A DNA stretch of 64,000 nt from Octopus bimaculoides. Taxonomy: Eukaryota. Positions 1 to 13,996 of the stretch are shown here, in pieces. The first letter of the stretch is position 1. Every line of letters starts with the position of its first letter. A model generated the notes under the pieces. The model was not told where the DNA came from. It ran no database searches and was given only the letters and a program-made list of their open reading frames with translations. Position numbers and translations under genes: made by a program. The stretch lies in NCBI RefSeq assembly GCF_001194135.2, contig NC_068997.1, positions 56,853,147 through 56,917,146 on the forward strand. Direction: 5' to 3'.

Positions 1-229
1 ATCGAGAGACAAAAAGAGCGGATCGTGATAAATGGATTTAGATGAATATTCAGAACAGAAAAGGCTGTTTCAGAAACTACAGAATTTTAAGAATAACGCA
101 ATAATGTCTGCCAGGATGAGATATTTTTAGTGTTCTTGTTGATTAGCTTTGGATTAGCCCTGGTTGAGCAGATCGATCATGTCAAGTATTTCAGCAACGA
201 AGAATCAATCTTATACATATTCAACTACA

Positions 230-420
230 TGGATCTGTACGTCCTTCCCACTTTAAGGACGGTATCATTTTCATGATATCAAGCGAACTAGTAAAGACTG
301 AATCGTTGCACAAACAAGTGTCAGATGTGGTTCGCGGGGAGAAAAAGATGGTTCAGTGAATAACAGCAAAAACGTCATTGAGATGTGAGTGGCAAACCAC
401 GAAAAATCGAAAATTAAAAT
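230..420 (-). mobile_element. Possible 5' end (UTR plus start codon) of a degenerate maT/mariner-like element
   Basis: Minus strand reads ...attcagtctttactagttcgcttgatatc ATG AAA ATG ATA CCG TCC (MKMIPS...), resembling my recollection of DD37D transposase starts. Short, and no TIR confirmed. Confidence 0.25.
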
Positions 421-2049
421 CTTTATGTAAAATATGATGCATTCATTCATATCTCAGTATATGACAGGAGTTTGAAAGAATGGGACATATAATCAAATTA
501 TAAAAGATAAAAAAATACGAAATGAACTCTAGTGGCATTTGGGATCATAATACACACGAAGTTATCTAAATATTAGTATTAGACATAATCCATCCATCCT
601 TGAAAGTTTTGCAAAAATGTGATAACATTTCTTATCTTAAGATAAGGTTAATCGTTTATAGAGGAGGATATTTAATGTGATGTGTGTGTGTGTGCATGGA
701 TGTGTGTATGTATGTATACAGGTACTCGCAGTGGGTTGTTAATCAGTTAAGCATTAATATAAACCAAATAAGATTAGTTAAGTTTCTTCACGTTCACTTT
801 GTTGCCTCCTCTCAGTATCCGCACTCAAACCATCCACATCCTAAGAGCGCTCTTCACTCCCCAAACAACTGCGTCCTGTAAACCACTCCCAATCCCCAAT
901 CCAGCTCCGTTGACCACAATCTGAGAGGGTTCAAAATGTCGGTTGGCAGTTGATTTAGTACTTCATGCAATGATCTTCGCAACAACAGAGAAAGCCACTC
1001 GTATGCGTAATTCGAACTCGCTATTTTGAGGGACGTAACTAAATTCCACAGACATTTTTCTCAATATTTAATTTTAAGTCATTAGCAATGACAGAGCTGA
1101 TTTCATTGTGTCAAATACATTCCACCCATAACTGTCATATAGTAATATATTTAGACACAGTATATACGAGTTATTCTTAATTACCAGAGAAGAATATGAT
1201 TTAAGGAAAGCGGGACAGCTATAACTACCAGGTTTACTTATTGTGTCTTCTTATCCACCACTTAGAATGGCAACAAGCAGAGTCAAACGGGAGAGTGGGG
1301 AGTCTTTTGACTCTCTGCTCCGACTCACACCTACTCCAGTTTATTTATTGTTTGTTGTTCGTTATTTAAATAATCTCGTTAGAAATCATAATTATAGTTA
1401 GAAATCATTTGAAATATCTCTAAACCAACCCTGAAATAAATTATATTTCTCTGCTTCGTGTTTTCGCAACAGAGTTATCTTTCTATTGTCTAGAAGAACT
1501 AAAAGAAACATCTGACTTTCTGAACAACATAAACAAGAAAGAAAGAAAGAAAAAAGAATTCAAATCACGTGATAAACCCAGAGACATAATTCCTTCAGAA
1601 TTTGACAGTTCTATACTTTATGTTCTCATAATACTGCGCTATTTTCTTGTGTATATTCTAGATAGATTGAAGGTTGAGATATTCTAACACACAAATTTGT
1701 AGCTTAAATCAAAATTAATGTACATTGCCGGTTTTCTTTCTTTTTGCCTTTGTCTTTTTACACTTCTTTTCAATTGCTTTTATATATTTTTCACTGTTTT
1801 TATGTTAAAAATTGTAGCAAAAAGAAGGAAAAAATATTAAAGAAATGAAAGTAAAACCATGTGTCTAGCCGAGATTATAGTTTGATCGGCTCTGTACTTT
1901 AGATCGACTTTTAAGAGTATATGCTTTGAGTACAATTTCTGCTGGAGTAAAATTTACATTCCATTCTCCTCAAATCTTCCAAATAAGAATTAATCATAAG
2001 AGATGTTTGCATTTATCACATCATAAACTTAGAATCGGTAATCTCTTGC

Positions 2050-2780
2050 GGTTATATTAAAAAAATATTCTTAGAATAGCAAAGAAGTTCGCTTCTCAAT
2101 AACAAAGTGTAGTATTTGATTTTACAACGTGGTATGTCGCCTAATTCATGTTTTATAACCTGTTGGGTTCTACCAAGCCTTGTTATTGAAATGGCCTTCA
2201 TTGAAATGATTGTGGTATAAGGATGTTGATAAGTCTTCTCTTCAACAATTCTCGAATCGTCGTAATCCATTGGGGTTTAAATCTGGTGAGTTTGGAGTTC
2301 ATAAGCGTCGCGCTAACAAGATCATAAAAATTGTTTGATATCCATTCGAGGTCACGTGAGCTTTTGAGATGCTGAATAGATTTTAAACACTTATGGCATT
2401 TCACTGTGTGCTTCATCCATCCAACAGTCTCCAATACCGCAACTACAACAGGCTTGTCCTACGGTGAACGTTTCCGGTTACTTTTGGGAACCATCTGTCA
2501 TTTCTTGTGTTAGACTTTTGGTCTTCGTCGAAATTTTTCGCAAAAGAAAACAATCCAGTGATGTTCGCAATGTTCGCGAAGAGTTCGCTTGGGACGGATC
2601 AAATTGTTTTCCTGTATCTTTAGACATGAATTAACTTCTCGTCAATCATATTACTAGCATTGAATATCTTCACCCACCACAATTTTACTAGCCCACTGCG
2701 ACACCTACAGTTCTTTAGCAATGGTCCTCATTCCTTTTCCAGGATTATCTTCGTAAATATTTGGGACCCGTTTCATAACT
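2050..2780 (-). pseudogene. Degenerate IS630-Tc1-mariner transposase, maT/DD37D-like (HTH end through the DDD domain)
   Basis: Minus frames give EDNPGKGMRTIAKEL*VS (HTH), GLFSFAKNFDEDQKSNTRNDRW (cf. FFSDEKNFDQDQKVNRRNDRW), EWISNNFYDLV, and PNSPDLNP/MDY...IVEEKTYQHPYTT (third catalytic Asp motif). Multiple stops, frameshifts and an internal deletion. Confidence 0.8.
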
Positions 2781-3143
2781 TGTGTATTTATTGAGCACAA
2801 ACATTTAGAATGTCTTTTGATTTTTGTTTTATTTATTTATTTAATATTTATTGGTTTTTACATTCGTAAAGTTTAAACATTTTTGCTTGAGGCCTCATAA
2901 TTCCATTCAAATTGATTACAATAGGTGTTGCACCATTTAGAAGATGCCAATGTCCAAATTGCTGTGTTATGTATATAGACTAACAATGCATATCTTTTCT
3001 TTTCGTTTCTTGTGTTAGCATTTCATCGGCCATGGCGAATCTGAAACAAATTAAAAAAACATTTTAATAGGTTTGAAGAGAATAATATACTGATAATCTA
3101 GTGTCCTCTAATACCCTATACATATATACACACATATAAAAGG

Positions 3144-3145
<2 letters not shown>

Positions 3146-3206
<61 letters not shown>
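3146..3206. repeat. Compound (CA)n(TA)n microsatellite, representative of dozens of (TA)n/(CA)n/(GA)n tracts in the window
   Basis: Direct sequence. Confidence 0.97.
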
Positions 3207-3207
<1 letters not shown>

Positions 3208-5089
3208 CGTGCTCATGCAAGTGTGCATAACTACATGGTCTTAAGTACAGCTACAAATGATTTTATATATTCTAATGTAGAAGAATTAAGTTTTAGTAGT
3301 AGTAGTAGTAGTAGTAGTAGTATGGCTACTAGAAACGGTGAGGATAACGGAATGATGGATGCAGCCACTGTAATATATGCTCTAATCACAAAATAGCTTC
3401 ATCTTCGCTAATTGCAGTGATGTTGTTGATGATTACGACGATGATGTTGACTATCATCATCATCATCATGCTTCCCCTCCTCCTCTCATCAACATCATCA
3501 TCATCATCATCAAAATTGTGATGGTAATGTTGTTGGTGTCACCAAGAAAACAATTATGTCGCTTGATTGTTGAAAATAATGGCCCAATTATAACAATGTT
3601 TTTCCTTCAGTGCTGTATAATTTTGACATTAGTTTCTCATCAAAAAAACACTACGACCACATTTTTACTTCAATAATTTAAATTGTTTGTTGTTAACTTG
3701 ATGTTTATATTTCTGCGGAAAATAACAATAAACTACTTTTAAATGCGAAATTATGTGTGTGTGTGTGTGTTTGTGTGTGTTTGTGTATACCTACATATCT
3801 ATGTGTCTGCGCACACACGCACACACGCACACAAGCATGCACACACATATATGAATTTAAAATTTTAAAAATGTGACAAAAAGCACATATTAGGGGAAAA
3901 TTTAATTTTTACCAATATAGTGAAAGATAGAGGATAATTAATTAGAAGAGAGCAAAAAGTACATTTGTTATTAATAATTTCACTTTAGATTAATTAAAAG
4001 TAAACTTGATACAGCATTAATTATTTTGCTATTTAAACAAATTAGTATAAAAAAAAGGACAAACATATTAATTTCAGTTTAATTTCTCAAGACTATCTTC
4101 AGTTTTCCTCATCACCTGTCTACATTATACCGCTGCCAGCTGTCTCTGCTATAGCTTCACTGTCCAGTTTCATCTACAAATTAAAATGCTGCTTTCTTCT
4201 TAATCACTCAATAGAGGAATACGTTTATAATAAAAAGAAGCAAAAATCAACAGCAACAAACCAAATATATTTTTAATTCTCAGCTAGAAAATTCCAGTGA
4301 ATAATAATAATAGTAAAACTATGCTGCAATAATAGTAATAATTACTAGTTTCATAGTAAATAAAATAATAATATAATATGGATTACTAAAATAGCTACCT
4401 GGAGAGAAGAGTTGGCTGCAGAAATGGTCAAATAAATCGATTCTATATTCACAGGATACTTCATTTTATCAACCCCCCAAATAATAAAAGACTAATTTGA
4501 CGTCAGCGGGATTTGAAGAAAATGGTACAACAAATATGGCAACAATATGTCCAATGCTTGAACGATTCTTTCAATTTAAATCCCTTGAAAATTCATAACA
4601 TTTTGTGTCAGAAAATGAAAGGGAAGAGATCATTCAATGAAATCCACCCAATTCGTTATATTAGCGACTTTGGAATACTGGTATTGAAGCAAAAGAGCCT
4701 TATTGTTTGTAATAATATTTCTTTCTCATATGGATACAAGAGTCAGTGAGATTGACCCTAGTATTTGACTAGTATTTGACTAGTGGGTTAAGTATCGAAC
4801 GATATTAATTCACTTGTGACTCACTCTGTCCACCGTTTCGTTATTGTTACCATTTATGAAAGAACGATTTCCAAAGCTATAACAATTTTGTAGGAACAGA
4901 AATAAAACCACGCTGGGTGATTGATGTAGAACTTTCTATATTAACTGAAAGATGAATTATACACACAGACCCGATTGTGGAAATGTCGACAAAAAGTTTC
5001 ATACTTTTTATCAATGTGATTTGACCTTCTTACGCAGAGGAAAACAAAGCATGAATCATGACACCCCCTGTGAGAATGGACTAGCCGAA

Positions 5090-5350
5090 CTCGCATAATT
5101 AAGCAGCGTGTTTGACTGAGAGCGACGGATGGGAAATCGCAGGAATTCGAAAGGTGTTGTGCGCGGAGTTACAGGGAACTGTCGAGAAGTTGTTATAGTT
5201 CGTTGAGAGATATTTTGGATTAGTAACAGTTGTTGGCAAAGTATTTGGGCAATACATCAAGTGGAGACAGTTGGTGTCTACCCGGTTCCGTGATTTTGTA
5301 TATCACACTGTTATTAGTGCACGACACTAAGGTGACGCATAGTGAAACCA
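5090..5350 (-). mobile_element. Possible decayed Penelope-like GIY-YIG endonuclease fragment
   Basis: Minus strand: GFTMRH/SCTNNSVIYKIT, then CIAQILCQQL...QFPVT across frameshifts. Resembles FTxxxxFTCxSxNVIYxIxC...YIGET...PVA of PLE endonucleases. Locally higher GC. Confidence 0.3.
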
Positions 5351-5550
5351 TGTTATAAAAGTATAAAAGCAACTTGGAGTATGAAATCCTTAGAAGCTAA
5401 AAATGGAGAACAATGACAAAATATCCGAGACTAAATCTTGTGAACTTTGCCTGTTCATCTTTGAGTAGAAACAATGTAGGAAACATAATTTCTACGTTCT
5501 GCAAAATTTATCCGGTAAAATAGCAGATAAGCGCAAATATAAAAAAACAG

Positions 5551-5608
<58 letters not shown>

Positions 5609-6164
5609 ACAGAGAGAGAGAGAGAGAGAGAGAGAATATCGTGTCTGGCATGCGTAAAGAAGATTATAGTCTAAATTCCTGCATTATTTCGAAAGCAATT
5701 GAATAATGAGAAAGTGGAAAGGAAATATATACGAAACCTTTTAATTTGTATTTATATTTATGAATGTGTGTGCGTGTCTTCTTACATATGTGAGAGTTTG
5801 CGCACGTGTGTGCGGCGGGGTGGTGGAATTCGTTTACATGAATCGGTACTATTCTGTATGTACTGAATTCTGTCTTTGAAGCAGTTGTTCTTTAATGAGT
5901 CACTGAAATAATGAAAAGCACAGCGTTCCTCGTCAAAATAGATTTACACTCATAAATGCTATCACCTAAATTTCTACATATTATTGGGGGATTACTGGCT
6001 TTTGTATTATGGACGGCAATATTATGAATACGCTTATGACATATTCACACTCACACAAATTTTTGGAACGTTACATGTACAAAAGAATCAGCCTGTGGTC
6101 ACTGAAGTTTGTAAAAATAGTAGTTAAATCTCCTCTTAATCAGAGCTTTACAGTTTATATTACA

Positions 6165-6325
6165 GGCGCAGGCGTGGCTGTGTGGTAAGTACCAACCACA
6201 TGGTTCTTGGTTCAGTCCCACTGCGTGGCACCTTGGGCAAGTGTCTTCTACTATAGCCTCGGGCCGACCAAAGCCTTGTGAGTGGATTTGGTAGACGGAA
6301 ACTGAAAGAAGCCCGTCATATATAC

Positions 6326-6375
<50 letters not shown>

Positions 6376-6596
6376 GTGTGTGTGTGTGTGTGTGNNNNNN
6401 NNNNNNNNNNNNACAAATCGCTTGACAACCGATGCTAAAGTGCTTACGTCACCATAACTTCGCGATTCAGCAAAGAGACCGATAGAACAAGTACTAGGCT
6501 TGCAAAGAATAAGTTCTGGGGTTGATTTTTTCGACTAAATGCGGTGCTCCAGCATGGCCACAGTCAAATGACTGAAACAAATAAAAGGATAAAGGA
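6165..6596 (+). mobile_element. tRNA-derived SINE, bipartite: head and body, internal (TA)/(TG)n, then 3' module
   Basis: ggcgcaggcgtggctgtgtggtaag (A box), ggttcagtccc (B box), ccttgggcaagtg core-like motif, ...gaaagaagcccgtc, then microsatellite, then gcttgacaaccgatgct...ccagcatggccacagtcaaatgactgaaac. Homologous copies at 24691-25130 and 57280-57645. Confidence 0.9.
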
Positions 6597-6653
6597 CTGA
6601 CTTATGGAATAATTTGTTCTCCGGAGTCTCAAGAAATAAACAGACTTTTCAAA

Positions 6654-6790
6654 GCTGGCGAATCTTTATGAAACGCCAGTTAAATCAGAACATTAATAAT
6701 AACATCGGTGTTACATTATATCATTTATTATTCTGCCGAGGTCGACTTTGCCTTTCATCCTTTCGGGGTCGATAAATCAAGTACCCCACA
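6654..6790 (+). mobile_element. Second SINE family, degenerate copy
   Basis: ttctgccgaggtcgactttgcctttcatcctttcggggtcgataaatcaagtac. Same family as 19329-19503 (-), 17165-17270 and 50882-50960. Confidence 0.75.
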
Positions 6791-9016
6791 AAATTCAGAC
6801 TTTGTGCCTATAGTAGAAACAATTATATTATTTATGGAATTAGCGCATAATTATTTAGTTAAATCGTCAGAACATTAGACAAGACACGATATTTTATAGT
6901 ATTTATTTATGGCCCACTTTACGTAAATAAGGCGGCATGGTCTTGCTTGGAATAACTTTGTAATTAAGTCTGATCAATCAAGATTGTTCAATGGTTAAAC
7001 ACCAAAACATTAACAAAAAGAATAACTACTATTGCTGCCTCTAGCACCGCTCCAATCACCCCCTCCTTCCGTCACCACCAACATCACTATATTTTTAAAC
7101 GCCTTATTTCAAAATCTCTCAGCAGATTTCAAAAGATCATAGATGTACTTGAAAATGATATTCCATAGTTTTATACATGCTGAGTATGGAATATTCCAGT
7201 AATTGGTTTGACGAACATAAATCCAATTGTTTTCGTCATTACTATTTTTTTATTTTCTCGAAATATTGCTTGAATCATAGAAGCACGTATGGAAGGATGT
7301 GTTTAGGTTAAAACTAGGGGTGGTTCTTGGAGAAAACCTTTAAAATGTGGCATTATTCCACGAAACATAAAGTTAGGCGACATTCTTTAACAAAATATAA
7401 TAGGTGAGGTTATTCAGCATGAATTATAGATAACATTATTAAATACATTAATAGCTAACCTTTCTAAACTGTTGTTCATCAATATGGCATCTTTAACATC
7501 TTATTCAAATCAGTTTAATCGAGCTGACGGAAAGTCAATTGTAATTTACAAGACAGTGTTGTAAACATCTTCCCGTATTACCATTCCCTTGCGAAAATTA
7601 ATAGATACAGAAAAAAAGAAACTATGCCAATTGAGACAGAGTAATTGACGTTATTTTGTTTGCTAATGATACCATTACTTAATAAAAAATTTCGATATAA
7701 CTAAACCACGCCGATATATCTAATAACTGTTTGGTGTAATAGAGAGTGAAGTGTTAAGTGAATTATCGGAAACAAACGGGAAAGCGACAGATGATTACAG
7801 ATAACACACACAGACGATCTATGGAGGAGAACTTGATTTAACCAATGAAGTTACAATTCAAAGATCGCTTACAATGGCAATAATATATCTAGATTTAATA
7901 TTCGAAGTAAAAGCATTGAAACATGTCTTCTGAGATTTTCTTTGATATTTCCTGCTTACTTGTCATACTTTACCAATTGAATTTCTTATCATTTCACCCC
8001 GCCTCTACTCCCTTTCAATATATCTCTTCTTTTCTTTAATGTTCATTTCTCATGGTTAAAATATGTGCATTCCTTTCACCCGTTAGTACCATTACATGAC
8101 TAAGTACCAACACAATTACCAAAGGTGTAATTACTCTGGGTATGCGGGTACTTTCAAAATACCTCACGAACTGACGACTGACGACCCCACATAGTTACGG
8201 GTTGCCATTTGGCGCGGTATAGCACCCGTTCTGCCACCCTGCCAGATATACAGCTAAGTTATGCGAGCGCAGCATGGGAGATTGTGAAGAGGCAGCGTAA
8301 GAGCTCAACTGAGCCATTGGTTCTTCTGACATTGATGCTGAGGAGAGGAATCACTCATGCTCCGCCAAGAGCACTGCAATCTCTACCATGAGCACTGCAC
8401 CCTTACGGGCAGCGTTCGTGGTTGTGTAATCAGCAAACGAAAGATTGACGACTCAAGCTCCCGATTCAAATTCATGATAATGGAATTGGATGGCGACAGT
8501 CATGGGAATCCACGCACACCCAAACTCATACACACACAGACACACACATGCACACGCATATGATTAGATTTATGCCTGTAACTAGATTACTACTTACTTT
8601 TATCTATCCTCGAATGACGGGAGGACAAATTAGACAAAAGGAAACACAATATAAACGAATGAATAAAGAGATGTAACTATAAGATTTTAATACAGGTCTT
8701 ACGATATGCGAATATTGGTTCTCGATAGCTTCTCGATAATTTTATTGGTCTCCAGCTTTGTGAGCTGCTGAGGCAGAGATAAATTGCCGTTTCTTAACAC
8801 AACCACCGTTCCCCTCCCACAAATATTCCTTCTCATACGTACATATATGTGCGTGTGAGTGTGTGTGTTAATATCATTCTTCTTTCTCTAATGGAAAAGA
8901 AAATCACAACTGCTGCGTCGGCATCGGCAGAGAAATGCACCATCCGCGCACCTATTCTTGAAACGGCTGAAGTGAACAGCTGCACGCCTTCCTTCCTTCC
9001 TTCCTTCCTTCCTTAG

Positions 9017-9050
9017 GTGAATAAACAATTTGACAGCTTACTTTTCTGAG
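9017..9050 (+). other. Candidate non-coding exon (34 nt)
   Basis: Acceptor after a (CCTT)n tract (ccttag|GTG) and strong donor GAG|gtatgt. All three frames contain stops. Confidence 0.25.
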
Positions 9051-9857
9051 GTATGTCAGGTGATGCAGACACCTAATGAGAACACAAAATCTCACGAGAG
9101 GCATCTGCATCATTTCACGAATCATAATTTGAAAACCGATTAAAGTTTCAGATCCCACTGTTACTCTATATAAATATTAAAATTATCTTAAAACTTATGA
9201 TACGCCTAGCAAGCCCGTGTTACTTATGGATGTCCAAATACCACAGCTGTGCCTTACCAGGATGAGAATCACTCGATGAAGCACAATAAATTGTAATACT
9301 AAATGTTACTAAATACATGATACTTTATTAGAAGCGAAATTCTTAATCCTTTAATGAAATCTTACAGCAAATTGGGGAAAGTTCTAAATGATAGCTTATA
9401 CCACTTAAATAGTTTATATTAATCTCCTTTACTAAAATATGTAATCCATATAACAAATATGACTTGTGATATTTAACGATGTTGTTAAATCTAAGAAGAA
9501 CTTGTTTATTGTTTCCTCGTAATTCTGAATGGTCACTGAATGATTAAATAAATACTGGAATCTCCAACCGTACCTTAGTCAGGTGTATTGCTATTTTTGC
9601 AGGAAATATGTTCTATAACGCTTTGATATGTTATCGTTTTGGGTACACTTATGAGTTGACGGCGACATAAAATGTTATTTCTAAAATTATAGTTGTCTTC
9701 GCTAGAACTTTCTCTGATAAACATTATAATGTGCCATGGCCACAACGTCTAAAATTATGACGTAGGATGAATTAGTTCACAGTATATTAAAGACCAGCTT
9801 TCTATAATTTGAAATATAAGAAACTTGTTTTAATAATATTAAAAAAAAGGGTCAAAG

Positions 9858-10061
9858 GGCTGGTTTCCCAGATTCTGTGGCGTATATTAACCCCACGTCC
9901 GTCTATTATAAAAATACACATTGTTGCTTGCTGAATGTACTCCAGCAATGTGAAATAAAGTGTTTTGCTGAAGGATACAACGCAGAGTTTGCTCCAGAAA
10001 TTGAAATCACAATCTTCTGATCATGAGTTCAACATACTTGACTATTATGTCACGTGCGTCC
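9858..10061 (-). mobile_element. Third tRNA-derived SINE family
   Basis: Minus strand: ggacgcacgtgacataatagtc...gcgttgtatccttcagcaaaacactttatttcacattgct. Related to the + copy at 52371-52590. Confidence 0.65.
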
Positions 10062-10578
10062 ATTCTTCTGCAATGAAGACACAATATTAGTAAAGCTTTA
10101 GAAATTAAACAAAAAGGTTTATGCTACAAGTTTTGTGGCACCATCGGTAGAGACTGGGATCGATTCGACAAGATTTTCTCAATTTAGATATTTATGCATG
10201 AAAAAGTACCTAAGCTTTATCCAGGATGTACTAAACAGCTTCAAGCATTCATAATTTGTTGATTTTACATGAAATCACTGAAAAAGTATGTTTATTGAAT
10301 ATTCTATAAGATAGGAATTATGTTTTAAACTAACTGCAAACCTACTCATATACACTCAAGCACATTCACACTCAAACCACCTCTTCCACACACAAATATA
10401 TCTCAAACTTTGCAAAGGGTCGTCTAAAACAGTACAGAGTACATAATACGTATGTATGAATATAAATACACACACACACACGCACATACACACATATATA
10501 TATATGGATACTAGTATGCATAAGATGTATACAGATATATACAAAAGATGCTCACCCTATGTAATTATATATTAGTAT

Positions 10579-10614
<36 letters not shown>

Positions 10615-10869
10615 ATATATATATGCATATCAATGTATATGCGAACATATACACACAGACACACACACACAGACACACACACACAGACACACACACACAC
10701 ACGCACATGTATATATATCCATACAAATATATAAGTATGCACATATACATATACTTAGTTTATATGCATATGGGTATAACTAACATTATTGAGGTTATAT
10801 TAATACAAGAATCGTATTTCTAATAGAGCAATATTATCTTCAGAAACAATATATGTATCGAGATTCCAC

Positions 10870-11480
10870 AGAACCGTCCTCAACAATGCCACAAATAAAT
10901 GGCAAGGAATACTACACAAGGGTCTTTGTAGAGCAAGCATTCATATTGTTAGTTTTAATTTGTTATATTCATTCCCTTATCTTTCGTGGTGGGAGACGTT
11001 AACCAATATTCCGGTTATCTTTGAAAAAAATGCCTGCAATTTCTTTTACTTTATAGATACGGTATGAAATGTGTTGCTAAGGATACTATTCTGTCTGAAG
11101 TTAGCTGCAGGAATGGATAACAATTGTAACATGGGATTTTAGAAAAATTATTCCAGCTTTCTTGAACAACCAGAAGTCAATGCAGTGAAGAATAATTGCC
11201 ATAATATTAAGCTTATAAGAAGTTACTGCTTTCAGGTTTTGAAACAGTTTTTATTCTGTCTCTATATCATCAGATTTATGAATAGTTCTACACATCAGTT
11301 TCCTGAGTTACAATATTGCTTGCATTAACAAAACTCTGTAGAGTTACTATGGTATAACAAAAGTAATAGGAATTCCTTTATCAGCATTTTTACGGGAACT
11401 ACCCATTACACCATCACGGTTTCTTGATTCCTTCTTTTAAGTCTTTAATAATTGCAATAGTTTCATTACCTTTAGATAAC
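10870..11480 (-). mobile_element. Highly decayed non-LTR retrotransposon, RT N-terminal region
   Basis: Minus frames ETIAIIKDLKEG / RNRDGVM...IHKSDDIETE*KLFQNLKAVTSYKL resemble the 'K..KAPG.DG...IHKKGD....NFRPI' region. Many stops. Confidence 0.3.
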
Positions 11481-12833
11481 TATTTACTTTCGCTACTGTG
11501 AGTCTTCACGATTTCAGCGAAATTTATTTAGATATGTTTTACTTTAGAATCCTTCAGATGAACGCTTTATACAAGAACCTCTGCAGGAGTGTAATTCTAA
11601 ACTTAGACATGTTTCTAATGTCAAAACAATTTTTTGAAGATTAGGTGCCCTACTGATTTCTGACTAATTAATATGAAGTCAGAATTACAACTATTTTCAT
11701 GTCTGCATATTTTATTGTCTTAACCAGGGGCGGCAGAGAGCACCTATGACAATTTTCAATGGGAACCTGGGGAACAGAGACTGGAAAACACAACATAGAG
11801 GTTATTGCAGTAGAAAACAAAAACAGAATATCGATTTCTCACTACTGAAACGAGAAACCTAGTTCCAACTAATTTATCTGAGTGGACTCGTCCCAGGATA
11901 CTCAAGGATCAGGTTCTGATGTTAAAATGTGCCTTGGATTCAGTCCAGCACTCAAAGAAAACAGTGTCATTAGCTGTAGCCAAAGTTATTCTGTGACGGC
12001 ATCGATGATGATGATGATGATAATAATGGTGATGATGATCATGAAGAAAAAGAAGAAGACATGCGTTCCCCGTAATTGATGTACCATGCTCATTTCTCTT
12101 ACGTATAGTTAAGTAGAAAGGCGAGAATGTAGACGTGTATAATTCTCTTATATACGAGATAGCCCGACTGTGGAAGATGAAAAAGGTAACGATAGAGTCG
12201 ATTATTGTTGGGGCATGGGGGAAAGTATCGGAAAGTATTGAGAGGAACACAAAGGAAATGGGAATAGAGTGAACAGTAGAGCTGTTTCAAAAAGTTTGAC
12301 TCTTTTGTACTGCCGAGTAGGCAATTATCAGTGTTATCAACTTGATAACTGAAGAGAACAAATGGCATGGTGCCGTAGACAGCAAGCTGCATGTCAGCTA
12401 CTCATGCAAGATTCCAGGTATTCCAACAAAGCTTAGTTGAAAGAATAACAATGAATAACAATATCGATATTATTAATATAATGTAGGAGTAACATTCTAT
12501 AAAAATCCAATGCAATAATATATTATACTAAAACTTATTCTTTATACCAAAATCTTGAGCAACCGAATTTAACTGATTTATCACCCTTGTCTGATCGTTT
12601 TTTGCACTCACATTCTGCGGCACCATTGAGGCCGTTTTTGCAACACAACGCTTCGATGTTATTAGGAGATAAATATAACTTTGACGAGTAGAATAAACTA
12701 TAGTTTGGTAAGTTTTGCAATCCTAGTTCAAAAGGTATGAACGTTTTCCGATTTTGGAAGAAAATAAAAGAAATCCGGATCATTAGCTGTGTATTTTATC
12801 ATTTATTGAAGTTATCTTGGTCACAACCTGAAG

Positions 12834-12875
<42 letters not shown>

Positions 12876-12889
12876 CGCANNNNNNNNNN

Positions 12890-12929
<40 letters not shown>

Positions 12930-13930
12930 GCAAACGCAATTCAACCTCTACTTATTTTATTGATTACCATATACATGTGATTCATGAAAAAGAAGATTCA
13001 ATCTCTGAATGATTTGAACCTTCGACAAAGAAACTCATTTCTAAATGCGGTATTGTTACAGAAACACTTTGCCATCTCCTTCGATGTTCCACCCTACGCA
13101 TACAATAAAATATTCACGAATAGAGAATTTATTTCTTAGATTATTACGCTACATACTGTGAATTAATAGCTACTGGGATGATGGTGGTTGGGTGGTTGGG
13201 TGGTTGGGACAGCGGGGGGTTGTTGTTAAATTGGCTACATTCTAAGTCTTGAGGACTGCGTGGCCATTGAAATTAATCAATTAAATACTAATGATACACT
13301 CATCAAGAACAGTGCTTTCATGACAAATGTAGAATTCCTACATTAAGCAATAAGTTAATCAAAAGGCAACATCAATATATGATTTATTTACCTGCAACAT
13401 TCAACATTCCCACAAACGCAAATAGAGACACAAACACACAAACATTTTTCCTAAAAGAGAAATGCTATGCATGCATGCGTGAGCAACTCATTCATGCATG
13501 CTCACATGCACAAATAGAATCATGCACCAAATAAAAAGAGGTATTCATGCGTGAAGACGAACATATGGCGGGATCTATATATTAATTATCTTTATATGAT
13601 GTACTCTGCAGTTATCTCCCTCTCTCGCTTTCTTCCAATCGACACTTCAAACACTCATATAAACAGCACACAGAAGAGCAAACACGTATATATGGATATA
13701 GTAAAACATACACACACACACATACACAGATATAGGCACGCACACACAAATACATACACACAAATATATATACACACAGAAACTACATTAATACTACATC
13801 AAATAGTTGTTATATTAATGAAACATCATCTCAGATCAGAAATTCAATCCGGATTTCAAGAAATTTGCGTTTACATTTCTTGCCAGCGTAAATTGTATAT
13901 GTATATATATGCGCATATGTGTGTGTGCGT

Positions 13931-13996
<66 letters not shown>

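Noticed and set aside
1473-1686. About 70 open codons after a good acceptor (ELSFYCLEELKETSDF...)
   Set aside because: Includes a (GAAA)n tract, has no convincing donor and no recognisable motif, so it is compatible with chance.
6165-6240. tRNA-like A/B boxes
   Set aside because: These are SINE heads with no complete cloverleaf. No genuine tRNA or rRNA gene was seen in the window.
12330-12706. Exon-like stretches VINLITEENKWHGAVDSKLHVSYSCKIP and EINITLTSRINYSL
   Set aside because: Weak acceptors and no phase-consistent link to other candidates, so they cannot be supported.
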